DNA of 63,114 bases, counting the filler, from Reticulomyxa filosa (Eukaryota; Protista; Foraminifera), in NCBI GenBank assembly GCA_000512085.1. It is 26 parts of 26 records of this genome, joined end to end, with 100 filler letters (N's around TTAATTAATTAA, not from the genome) between each part and the next. Parts side by side here need not be neighbours in the genome. Positions count along the whole stretch, not along the records: positions 1 to 1,949 come from ASPP01006371.1; positions 2,050 to 4,544 come from ASPP01035361.1; positions 4,645 to 9,155 come from ASPP01019988.1; positions 9,256 to 12,722 come from ASPP01025238.1; positions 12,823 to 14,873 come from ASPP01000532.1; 21 more parts are not named here. One strand, written 5' to 3'. Position 1 is the stretch's first letter. Every line of letters starts with the position of its first letter. The position numbers and the translations under genes are program-made. Positions 1 through 14,872 of the stretch are shown here, one piece after another. The notes below the pieces were generated by a model. The model searched no databases. It saw only the letters and a list, made by a program, of their open reading frames with translations, and was not told where the DNA came from.

Positions 1-132
1 AAAAAAAAAAAAAAAAAAAAAATACGTATACGTAATGTTTTCTGGTGACATGATAAAATGTATATACAGATAAATCTCTTTTTTTTTTTTTTTTTGTGCA
101 CCTTGCGTAAACTTACCTCGAAACTACTCAAC

Positions 133-549
133 TCTATGAACTATGTTGTTAGAATGCAAATAATGTAAGCCGCTGGCAAACTGCCTTGAAAAGTATTGTG
201 CCAACGGCTCTTTCAATGGCCCGTTTTTCTCGACGTAACGGTACAAGTCGCCACTGTTGCAATATTGCATCACCAAATAAATGTGGTTGCTCGTCTGGTA
301 CGTGTGCAACAGCTGGACAATGTTCTCGTGCTCGCACTTTTGCAAGATGTCGATCTCTTGCTTTAAGTTGCTCTGGTGCTTGCTACTCATATTTATTCGG
401 TGCAAATTTATCGCCTTCACCGCCACTTTTTCACCTGTTTTTACATGGCTGCTCTCATACACTGTTGCAAACGAACCAAAACCTATCGACTTTTCCAATA
501 CATAATCACCCACTTGCTTTCTATTTTCTACCCGAAGTCGAGCATGCAT
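133..549 (-). CDS. ATG1: ATG1/ULK-like Ser/Thr kinase, exon 1 (partial)
   Basis: VGDY..IGFGSFATV, VAVK, EIDILQ, HENIVQL, YLVMQYCNSGDL, GLHYLHSNNIVHR. A GT donor follows HR, just before the expected D of HRD. Overall pattern matches plant/protist ATG1. Confidence 0.75.
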
Positions 550-798
550 TTTTTATTATTTATAAATAATTAATATTCACTTCCAATTTGAAAAATCCTT
601 CTTTTCAAAACTGTTTGTATATTTCTCTTAAACGAGTATCGTTTTTCCTTTTTGTCCACTGATTAAACAAAAAATTAAAAAATTAAAATTAAAATGAAAT
701 AAAGTTATGAGTTTGCGGCGAGTAGTTGAAAATTTGCTTTCTTTTTCCTTTTTTTTTTCTTTTTTGTTAGTTTGGAAGAATTGACGCACGTGTCAATA

Positions 799-1665
799 AT
801 GCTTCGTGGGAAAGAAAAAGGACTTCAAAACAAAGATTTAAATGCAGACGAAGAAGTGATCGATTTCGGGCCTCCTCCCAATCTAAAACTCCGTGAATTG
901 ATACTTGACTCATTAACAACATTTATCAACAACAGCTCAGAGAGACAGCATCCTTGTGGGAACGACGGCACATATTGTTACACATGGGGTGCTGGGTAAG
1001 TTTGACTATTTTGTTTGTTGAGTGCTTTTTAGCAATATAATTAAAAAAACGTTGTTGACATATATACGTATATATATGTATGTGTACATGTATGTGCATA
1101 CTTATGTATGTGTTCAGTTATCACGGACAACTGGGACGCAAGGTAGGTCGTGGGCGTAAAAAATACGCAGTGACTCCAGAGTTTGTACACTGTGTGGAGC
1201 CAGTGAAGCACGTGTCATGTGGCGGTTTGCACACAGCGATTGTAACAGGTATTTGTCAATGTAACCGCCCAAAAAAAAAAAAAAAAAATTGACACTTTAA
1301 TCTATGTTGCAAGTCAATACTTAAAGAAACAGGACATGTGTATACGTTTGGTGATAACAAGAGTTGTCAGTTGGGTCACTCGACGGACCGGTTTGAGACT
1401 CCACCCACGCCGCAATTGGTAGAGGTACTTTCGAAAGCGACGTTCATCGTGTCGATCGCCTGTGGCTACGCGCACACCGTGGCATTGTCGAGCGACGGCC
1501 AGCTCTTTGCCTGGGGCGAGTCGAAGTACGGCCAAACTGGGCTAGGGACCACACGAAACCTGATCGAGTCACCACAGCTAATCACATTTGCATCATGTCC
1601 AAACAACTCCAAGCCACAAACTACGACGTCACAAGCATTGGCTCTTCCCACATTTGATTCTGGCA

Positions 1666-1704
<39 letters not shown>

Positions 1705-1949
1705 TGAAAAGTTTTGCATTTGACCAAAGTGCAAGGAGTGGAGTCAGTGCAGCGACGGGCGACTCGTCGAGCAATGAAACGTCATCCAGCACAGATCGAG
1801 GCATTCTTGCGAATAATAATAGCACGGCGATGCCTCTCCTTTCCTTCTCCTCCAATGACAACGCTTTCAACAAAGAAGCGCCACCTTTTTTTGTTCAAAT
1901 CGCATGTGGCGATAGGCATACCATTGCGAGGACAAACACTGGACTGGTA
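799..1949 (+). CDS. RCC1-repeat protein (partial, >=3 exons)
   Basis: Splicing out 996-1117 gives TWGAGYHGQLG. Further repeats: VSCGGLHTA, YTFGDNKSCQLG, IACGYAHTVAL, FAWGESKYGQTG, IACGDRHTIA. Confidence 0.9.
1668..1703 (+). repeat. (AAT)12 encoding poly-Asn inside the RCC1 gene
   Basis: Direct trinucleotide repeat. Confidence 0.95.
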
Positions 1950-2049
1950 NNNNNNNNNNNNNNNNNNNNNNNNNNNNNNNNNNNNNNNNNNNNTTAATTA
2001 ATTAANNNNNNNNNNNNNNNNNNNNNNNNNNNNNNNNNNNNNNNNNNNN
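1950..2049. other. Artificial contig spacer N44-TTAATTAATTAA-N44 (first of 25)
   Basis: Identical 100-nt block with stops in all six frames. It recurs at ~4545, 9156, 12723, 14874, 16109, 17694, 18794, 20251, 21364, 22490, 24522, 26887, 31165, 32973, 34429, 42677, 45684, 47326, 50479, 51999, 53172, 56085, 57398 and 61732. Confidence 0.99.
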
Positions 2050-2886
2050 CTTACGTACACCAACCAAAACATTCGACCACCTTTTTTTTTTTTTTTTTTG
2101 AATGAATTGGATGAAGAGGGGAAAAAAAAGATAGTCAAAAGTTTGTGTTGAAAGAAGGGCAAGGTTAAAAAGAGTGAAAAATAAAATAAACAAAAAAAAA
2201 AAGATAACAAACCAATGTGTGGTATTAAATGTAGCCCTTGACTGACAAGGCCCAAGAAATTAAACAGGAAATGATCAAAGCCGTGATGTATCAAAGTTGA
2301 TGTTACTAATGTATGGTACCTGTTCAATTTCCAATTTCTTATCGAAAACACAAAATGATCAGTCAGCGTTTCTTTTGACACTGGACACGAGGAAAAATTA
2401 TCCTTATTTAATTCTTCCTGTTTGCAATTTTGTGTTTGTTCTTAAAAAATGCACCGTTTGTACGATATTTTCCAAAGACAAACCAACGCTCTACCCTCCT
2501 TTTTTGCTCTTCTCCTCTCATTCATATCCTCACGTTAAATACCTTCTCGAGAATAAATGGATATTGAAGCAAAAAAAGACTTATTAAATGAGGAGTCGCC
2601 ACAGGCAGATGTATGTTGATATTCATCCCCATTTCCTTGTCTTCCCTTTTTTTCCGTTAAAAAAGCGTTCTCTAAGAGCAACAGGAACAGTAAAGAAAAA
2701 GTTTCCTAGCAAGCGATTGATAAAACAGCGCCGGAAACATAATACGTTTCAAATATTGCAAAGAAAGATGAGAATTCCTCAACAACGACAACAAAAAATT
2801 ATTGATTTTGCCAAATGTTGTTGCACCCAAGGTTCCTTCTCTTGTGAACACAACAATTTCAATAAAAAAGGGAGTGGGAACAAAAT

Positions 2887-4424
2887 TCACGGTGTAGTTT
2901 CATCTTTGATAGACTTAGGAGCAGGGTTGTGAAATGGTGGCATTGAAAAATACGGGTTGGAGGCATATTTAGAAGAATCAATCAAAGAGCTTTCATGTGC
3001 AAACAATTGGTCCCACGTTTCCACGCCAGTTGTCTTCAAAAGTGAGTAGCAAATGCCCATAGACCAAAACAAAGCATTTTTATTTTGAGACGACAGTTTC
3101 CACAATTCATCACAATCTTTGAGTTCTTCTTTAAATGATCGGATGGTGATCAAATCCTTAAATGATATGAGCTCAATCCTTTCTTTGTTCGGTGTCACAC
3201 TCTTATCAAACCATGTCAGTTTGAAATGAATACCGTTGTATTCTTTAAATAAAGGCGCAACATCTGTCAAAATATACACATATATGTGCATATACATAAA
3301 CATAAAAACAGAAATCATATATGTTAATCGATCATCCTGATAGCAAAATACAACGGAATACATACCAAAGTTAGGATTACGAGCATTTAACGCAATTAAA
3401 ATATTTTTTTGAAACTTTGGAAAATGTAAAATTCCGTCGTTTGCATCAAAGTGTCCTGTCAACACTGCCCAAATCTTGGCTTTGTCAATTGGCCTTGCAC
3501 AAGTGATTGGCAAAGCTGTGTGTTTGCTTTGAATTTTTTCCAGTGCTGCCCTGTGTGTATGTATGTGATATGTTCACCCAATCAAAAAATGAAAAATAAA
3601 AAATGAGGTTGCTTCTTCTTTTCTCACACCTTTGGCAAGATAGTAATAATTTCCACACAAGACAGACACAACTTTAATTTTTCTTCTTTAAAGCCCGTGA
3701 TGCTGTTGGTTTGGTTTGGTGAGACATTTCCAGCATGTTTTGAAGCAGGGCCGCCTTTGTGATCTTGTCCTTCCTTTGTGCGCTCCGTCTCAGTTAATTT
3801 GGATTTTTCGCTCTCGTTCTTTTCCTTTGTTTCTTTTTCCCTGTCCTTGTCCTTATCATTATCTTTGCCTTTTCGAAAGGACAAATGAGCCGGTAGTTTG
3901 GAGTTGGGAGAAGGACTGCGCAATCGTCTTCGGCCGTGTCTTCTGCGGTAATACGAGCGTGATCGACTTTTACTCTTGCTTCTGCCTCGGCCATTATGTT
4001 TGTGTCGATGTCTGCCTTTGCTTCGGTCGCTTCGACTTCGACTGCGGCTGCGACTTCGACTGTGAGTGCGAGTGCGACTACGACTGTGACTCGGACTACG
4101 GCTATGGCTGCGGGTCCCGCTCTTGCTTCTGCTCCTACTCCGACTACTGCGACTCCTGCTTCGACTCACGCTGCGACTTCGACTGTGACTTCGGCTGTTG
4201 CTTCTGTCGCTCTTGCTCTTACTTTTACTTTTGCTTTTGGTGCTTCGGCTGTGCGAACGAGACGAAGAAGAGCGTCTTGTCCATTTTTCAACACATTTTC
4301 GTTATTCGCGCAATGATATATCCATACACATTATATATGTATATATGCATATATGTACACAACAAACACATAATATTTTTATTTACAACGATATTAAATT
4401 GGAAGGGGAAGGGAATGGGACCAT
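2887..4424 (-). CDS. RS-rich (SR-like) protein, multi-exon; ends uncertain
   Basis: Long Arg/Ser dipeptide tract (~3920-4260) then a charged region. Downstream exons at ~2887-3560 have no family I can recognise. Start codon at 4424 is tentative. Confidence 0.55.
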
Positions 4425-4644
4425 AAAAAAACTCATTAGGATTCAAAAAACAAGGTCACTTAAAACGCTCACTTTTTGTTACCAACTTTGATCGTCTAAA
4501 AAACATTCAAAAGCTATAGTTTAAAAAATGCAAAAATAAGTCCANNNNNNNNNNNNNNNNNNNNNNNNNNNNNNNNNNNNNNNNNNNNTTAATTAATTAA
4601 NNNNNNNNNNNNNNNNNNNNNNNNNNNNNNNNNNNNNNNNNNNN

Positions 4645-7600
4645 GGTCGGTATTCTGCCATTCCTTGCGTTGCACCGCTTTTATCAGGATAAATTGTACC
4701 ATCATCTTGCACTAGACCGATTCGGCGATTCCCTTTCGCAGCATTGTGAAAATCTTTACCGGCTTCATTTCCAATGGCATATCCACAGGTCGGACACTTT
4801 GCGCTTTCGTTTGTTGCTGTGCAATCGGTTACAAAGTACAAGTGATTGTTGGGACATAGCCAGGCTCCAGATCCAGCCATCGCCCGAAGCAACGAGGCAC
4901 TCTGATCTTCCGGCATTGCTAACAGATATTGGCTAGCGTAGGCCATTGGGTTGTGGAATAGAATACTCAAAGGCGACTGTGGCAAAGATAAGACCACTCC
5001 AACTAAATGCCAAGCCAACCGATATATTTGCACATGCTCCAATGTTGCATTACCATTTTGATTTTTGAATAGTGAACACTCCGAATCACTTATTGCTAAT
5101 CTATCATACACATATGTTGCCCCTTCCCATTTGTGTATTTTAACGAATTTATTTTAATGAAAATACGTATACACAAAACTGTGAGAACAAAAATCGTACT
5201 CGGTCATGACATCGTGTAGATTGTGCACCTTGTAAATGATCATTGAAATATCTACTGATACTTCTTGTAAATTTCGTTATAGTGTCGAAATGGCTTGTGT
5301 CATTTTTCAAATACAATTCCGTAAATATACCTGTATTATTATTATTATTATTTAATTCAAACAAACATGAAATAACAACTCAATTCCAATCTTTTTTAAA
5401 AATGGAGTTTGTTTGTATGCTAACCAGCAATGAAATGTATAAAGCGTTTTCGATCAAAGGTTTGCCAATCAATTTGATTGGAAGTGAAGGCATTTGCAAA
5501 AACGGTGTGCATTTCTTTGAAGGCATTGTCCAATTTTTGGTTATTGCTATATTCCAATAATTGAAAGATATCATTGGAAGGTATATTTTTGATACGATCA
5601 CTTTGTTGTTGCTTGTCACTAATTCCTACTGAAAATCCAAACAAGCTCTTGAATTTTCTACCATTTAAATGCAAAGCGGCAGTGGAGCCTTTTCTTCTCC
5701 ATAACTCGACCATAAGGTAATATTTCAAGCCTTGACGTATCTGCCGCTCCATTTCAGCTGTTTTACTTTGATCGCATCTGTATAATTGTCCAATACTGCT
5801 ACACTCTTGTCCCGACAAGTAGAGTTGTATACGTTTTTCTTTGCCTTCCAACCAAAAGTGTCTGATTCCCTCCTTTCCATACGCATACGAAATGGCCATG
5901 GTTCGACTTATATAATGTGACAAATAATACGTCCACATTTTGCACTCCGCAATGGTTAACAGTATATCTAACAGACTCCTATTGTTTACTTTCTCTTTTA
6001 ATGTTTCTGACAATCGAACGAACTTTTGCACATCAGGTTTATCTTCTTGTTCTAGTCGTTTGCGATGCACCATTTCACGGAAGTGCAAAAAGTGTTCTTG
6101 CGCTCGAATCAACAGCACTGCAAATTCATTGTTCAAGTCACACGCTTGCAAATGTTGCATCAAAAGATTACGAACATTTTGATGCTCCTTTTTATTTTTT
6201 TCAAAAAAAAAAATTATTTGTTCGTTTATATTAGCCCTACTCCAAAAAAAAAAAGGAAGCAACTCCAAACTTTTTTTCGTATAATTGAAATCAATTGTGA
6301 GCCAATCTCCATCTTTGTAAAAGAAGTTGGAGCGAATAGCAACGTATTAGGTCTCCCTCCAATCCATTGAATTAACTTTTCGGCAAAGTCATTGGAGATC
6401 GTATATCCAATTTCGTGACGATGACTAGCAGCAGTCTTTAAGCCAAATACGCCGACATAGTTTTGAACGAGCCATTGCAATATCTCATTGATTTCATGTT
6501 CATTAACGCGGTCTTGGTTTAATGAATTCTGAACAAGGACCAATAGAGCGTTTAAGGAATCTATATTGTCAAACTGGCAATTGGCAAAGCGCTCTTTAAT
6601 TGAACGAGTGAGTGCACCATTTCTGGTTTGATACTTGGTGGCAGTGATACATAACATTGACAACTTCAACAAATCCCATCGTTGACTCAAATCTTTTGTC
6701 AAGTCTTTATTAGGACATCCTTGATTCAGCCACTGCACAACACGTTCAAATGCTTGTGAAATCGACGACAAATGGTCTAATTTATGTTTCATGTTTTCAA
6801 TCAATGTAATCTCCAATGATTTTTCCACAACCTCCAACACAATTGCGAGCATTTTCGCTACATACTCATGCAATGACAGTTGCTCCTTCCAAACGTTATC
6901 CATATTTTCCAAGTCTCTCTTTGAGTGGTCATGCACGACTGATAACACGTCCACAAAACTGCAAAGCAAATCATCATGGGACCACAATATTGCATATACT
7001 TCTGTCACCTGGAATCTAATTTCCTCCACTACCACTGCCTCTGTCTTTTTCTCTTCCTGTTCTTGTTCAACTACGACAAAGTCATCGCTTTCCTGCTTGT
7101 GAAATGGCTCCACTTCTTTCATTTCCTCGTTTTCTTTGTTTATTGCCTCCAAGTCCTCCAATTTGTCCCACATATTCTCTTCTTCACTCACACTTTCGTC
7201 ATCGCTATCGTGTGTTGTCTTTTTTCTTTTTTTTTTTTGATTTTTTTCTGGCTCTGGTTCTTTCGTTTTTTCATCTTCCTCCACCACCTCTTTTTTCTCT
7301 TCTTCTTCCTCTTCTATCTCTTTTTTGACGATGGCAACATCCTTCTTCGTTTTGGAGCCACTAAAAATTTTGAGAGCGTCCATGGATGCATGATCCATAA
7401 ATTCACAGATATGATTAATCAATATATTGTGAATTTGCTGCGGAAATCGATTCAAGCCAAATGTGGCATTGGCTTCCAAATGCACAATGTCGTGCAACAA
7501 TCTTTGCATCATGTCTCTGGACAAGTGGTTCAAATCGATCTTCAATGGCGTCGTTTGAATGAAAGCATGGATTTGCAATATCAAAAACTCCAACAAACGT

Positions 7601-9153
7601 TCGTTGATATTCTGTTTGGTGCGTTCGTAGATTTCAAAACAAGTGTCACGGAATGAAGACAAGTGCGCATGAATACGAGCGCTGAATGGGAAACAAGCAC
7701 CATCAGGGATATCATCTCTGAGAACAATTTGACGATCTTGATTAGCTTGAGTGCGTTGAGATACTCGTACAATTTTGGGCTCACTCAAGAGTTGCAAAAA
7801 CAATTCGTCGATTTTGGCATTCGGCTCTTTTGTCGAACGATACAACGAAGATGTCCTGTTTTCAAACACAAGAGCCAATATTTCGGCCAACATCGACTTA
7901 ATTTTTTGCGCCAAATTTCCCATAAATTCACTTCTCAGCGATCCTCTTTCTCGCAATGGCTGTTTCAATACCGCTTTCAAACATGCAGTGGCTCCATTTT
8001 CAGGATCGGACAACACGTCTTGCAACCTGCCTCTCAGTGTACGTTGGAAATCCCCACCGTCAATTGGCTCTGAAAGAAGATACTGCTTTAATATTTGTAC
8101 GTCGTGATAGAATCCATCTTGGTTTCGAGTACTTATGGAAATAGAGTTAAGAGCCAGTTCGAATGAATTCTCCAACAATTTGGAGTTATTTGGTTCAATT
8201 CTTTCGCAAATTTGCGTGAGTGTGTTTTTATCAAAGAGATTGATATCATTGATTTGCACTTCGTTCAAATAATCCGCCGGCAACAGTGCATCAACAAATA
8301 CATGCTTCCACATGGAACTAAAGATTAATGGATATGATGGCTGTGCCAATGACTCTTTGGATTGTGTTTGGACACGATTAGTATATATCAGCATGACCAA
8401 TGTCTTCAATACCTCTACCGTTTTGTTTTCTTTGTTTGCCTTCAATTGACTCGTGTAAGCCTTTTCCACAAGATATTGCGTATGCAAATAATGCATCAAC
8501 ATCGATTCACTCATCACTGGATCGCACGCCAAGACTAACACTCCATGCATGTTTGGAGTGGAATGGTCACGGAAGAAATCCAGCATGTACGTAAACAAGT
8601 CCGTTTCTTGCACAAAATCACGGAGATCTTTGAGTCGAATTTCGGTCATTTGATTTGTGTCCAATATGCGTTTTCTGCCTTTCACAATCATTTGATAAGC
8701 GTCTGTCAATTCTTGCGCGGACTTTGGAACATAGCTACTTTGTGATAAATCATCTCGCGTGATTACATATGTGTGATTATTCTTTGTTAACACATAGCTA
8801 CCAATCAATTGAAAGTCGTGCGTTATCACTTTTGACAATACGTGTGGATTCCCTTTATTGGCCCCTTCTCGTTCCAATACATCCAACTATTTTTTGTTTT
8901 GTTTTGAAATTATATGTACGTATAATCAATCATTTGAAAAAAAAACAACATATGACTAAACGATGTCAGCATAAGCAATAAATTTTCTTCTCTGTTTGTT
9001 TCTATCATCAATCAAATGTTGCAAAGCAGTGTTTTGCAACAGCAATTGAAAGCATTTTTGAGACGCTTGTTCGATTTCATCAGTATTGTCTTCTTGCTTT
9101 TTTTCGTTAGGTTCATCGCGGTCGTGGGTTTTGGAGGCTGCCACTTCATTCAT
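4645..9153 (-). CDS. RNF213/mysterin-like giant E3 ligase, internal fragment of the C-terminal E3 module with RZ-type zinc finger
   Basis: Exons correspond to ORFs 8956-9153, 6271-8886, ~5425-6187, ~5200-5330 and 4645-~5100. Intron 6188-6270 is GT-AG, phase 0. Motifs WKHVFVDAL, ERGSLRSEF, FPFSARI and LLAMPED precede CPNNH-x6-C-x8-CPTC-x11-H (4746-4856). Similarity to RNF213 is from recall, not a search. Confidence 0.8.
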
Positions 9154-9255
9154 TANNNNNNNNNNNNNNNNNNNNNNNNNNNNNNNNNNNNNNNNNNNNT
9201 TAATTAATTAANNNNNNNNNNNNNNNNNNNNNNNNNNNNNNNNNNNNNNNNNNNN

Positions 9256-12189
<2,934 letters not shown>

Positions 12190-12822
12190 TGAAAATCACA
12201 AGCTTCAGGAGACAAAATTTTTGAATAAAAATACAAATGCTTTCTTTTGAATGATGTTTCAAAAGATGTCTTGTTAGAAGAAATTCGTTTTTTTTTTTTT
12301 TGAAAAAAGGTTACTATAACAGTTCGGCGTGATCAGTGCCTCTACAATTGTGCTGAAGATTTCTCTCCGTTTTATTTGAAGACATTTCAGCCAGAGCCAA
12401 AGTCAATTTAGGAAGCGAAATACGTTATCGACTTAAAGTAAAAACACTGTACAGTCTTGTCTTTGAATTTGAATCAAAACATTGTACAGTTGAAGAACGA
12501 TGAATCCTTAGATCTGACGTGCATTATAAAACATTTGAATTGTTTTGTCAGGTTAATGTTTAGTTGTACATAACATAGGAGTGCCAAAAAAAAGATTAAA
12601 AAGAACAAAATTTTACATCAATTAGCGGAAGCAACAGCGACAAACGAAAAAAAAAAAAATTGGCTTTGAAACTAAAAAGATAGAGTGCCCTGCTTTGCGA
12701 ACCTTTTTTTTTTTTTTTTTTTNNNNNNNNNNNNNNNNNNNNNNNNNNNNNNNNNNNNNNNNNNNNTTAATTAATTAANNNNNNNNNNNNNNNNNNNNNN
12801 NNNNNNNNNNNNNNNNNNNNNN

Positions 12823-13211
12823 TTTAGGTATGGCAGTTTTTTTTGCAATCTACTGTATTATCTGGATCAGATGATGAAAGTGTTCGTTTGTGGGATATTC
12901 GATTTGATCAACAAATCCAAGTGTTCAATGGACATACAAATACTGTGAATGCTGTTGAATATTCACCATTTGTAATAAAGAATGGTATTGGTAATTCAAA
13001 TGTGATATGTTCTGGGTCACGTGATAATACAATTCGTTTTCGGGATATTCGATCAAATAAGAATCAATTGTATATGATCAAAGGAGATGATAAAGGATAT
13101 GATGGAATAGTTTGTCTTAAATTTGTTGGATTGAAAAAGAAAGAGAAGACAAACAATGATTTGAATTTGTGTTATGGTTCAAAGAATGGCCACATTCGTA
13201 TTTGGGGATAA
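12823..13211 (+). CDS. WD40-repeat protein, C-terminal fragment (expanded family)
   Basis: SGSDDESVRLWDIR, FNGHTNTVNAVEYSP, ICSGSRDNTIRF, ends CYGSKNGHIRIWG*. Confidence 0.9.
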
Positions 13212-14565
13212 TGTACTGTTTTGTCGAATAAGAAATGAAATTTTTTTTTGAAACGTTTGATTAAAAAAAGTAAGATGGTATCAAACTTTTTGATTTGATT
13301 GAATGCAAGCATTGAAGGGTGTGTTTTATTTTACTTTGTTGTTTAAAAAATTTGAAAAAGCTGCGTTCAATGTTTTAAAGTTGAAAAGCATAATAGATAC
13401 TTGTATCAAATTTCAAAATAGTTGCAAAGTATTTTAAGTATTGTATTTTCTTCAATACTAATTTTTTAAATTGTTTTTTGTGTAGTATCGAACACTCAAA
13501 ACAGGACAAAATAAAAAGGACCGCAGTGTGCATTACCAAAAACAGAATTTCTCTTGAAGTAGGATATGAATAATCAATAATTCAAAAGAATGCAATGAGA
13601 TAAAAATATCTTTTTAATATCAGGAATAGTTTATCTTAAGATGGCTCTATGTAATCTATGGATGTATGCAAAGCGAATATATCCTTCATGATATCATATT
13701 CTATATCCATTTACACAATCTGAAAACAAAGACGTTGAAAAGTAATATTTGAAGAATCCGTTTATTACTATTTATTCTTCTTTTCGACCTGTTTGCATTT
13801 GCAAGATGGAATTAGGAAACTCTCGCACTGAACTTAAAACTCATTAACCACTTTTTATAAATCAAATTTATCCAAGCGATGTAAAAGCATATTGTAAAAT
13901 ATGATATCTGAGACATATATTTGCTTTGCATAATTTCGATAATTCAATTGATTGAATTAGTATACATTAATTTTTTTATGTTTTGATATCATTCATCAAA
14001 TTTAATTTGATACGAAGAAGTTATCTATGAGAACCTCTTATTCAATGCTCTCTGTCTAAAATAAGTTGTAATAATCAAGAAACTGGAATTATTATAAACA
14101 AAAACATTATATCCAGTTTTTCATGTTTTCGAATAGAAAAATTGATTAAAATTATTCTCAACAAGATGTACATTTAAGTATTTGAAAGTTCATTTAATGT
14201 TGTGCAAATTCACACTTTGCTTATTATGTCATTGTGGAAATAAAACAAGTGATAAAAAAGGATTAAACATAAAAAAGTGGAGACATTTACAAATATTTGT
14301 TCATAGTTCGATAATTTTCAATATATTCAACTGATTTGCTCTTTATTTGTAATATTATATTGTTAAATAACTTAACATTTTCAAAAATCATTTCATTAAA
14401 GTCATAAATTCGTCCTATTTTAATAATATCTTACAAGAAAGCATGATAGAACAAATTTTTCAATGCGATTCAATCAAATCAAACAAGTTTAATATTATCT
14501 TAATCCTCTTTAATCAAACTTTTCAAACAAAAACACTTCCATTTCTTGTTCAACAAACAAGTTAA

Positions 14566-14872
14566 TTATCCCCAAATACGAATGGGACCTTTCAATGAAC
14601 AATAACACAAATTCAAATCACATATAACATTCCTTGTATTCTCTTTCTTTGTCAATGCAATAAATTTAAGACATCTTATTCCATTATCTTCTTTATCGTC
14701 TCCTTTGATCATATGCAATTCACTCTTATTTGATCGAGTATCCCAAAATCGAATTGTATTATCACGTGACCCAGAACATATAACATTTGAATTACCAATA
14801 ACACTCTTTATTACAAATAGTGAATATTCAACAGACTGTACAACACTTGTATGTCCATTGAACCGTTGAATT
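14566..14872 (-). CDS. WD40-repeat protein, C-terminal fragment (not in ORF track)
   Basis: Manual translation: IQRFNGHTSVVQSVEYSLFVIKSVIGNSNVICSGSRDNTIRFWDTRSNK...LNLCYCSLKGPIRIWG*. Tail-to-tail paralog of 12823-13211. Confidence 0.9.

Noticed and set aside
1950-2049. Regularly recurring TTAATTAATTAA as a CRISPR-like or biological repeat
   Set aside because: Always flanked by 44 Ns on each side, so it is an artificial contig joiner.
3716-4426. Cys/Asp-rich and Ala/Thr-rich + strand ORFs
   Set aside because: Antisense shadows of the RS-repeat coding region.
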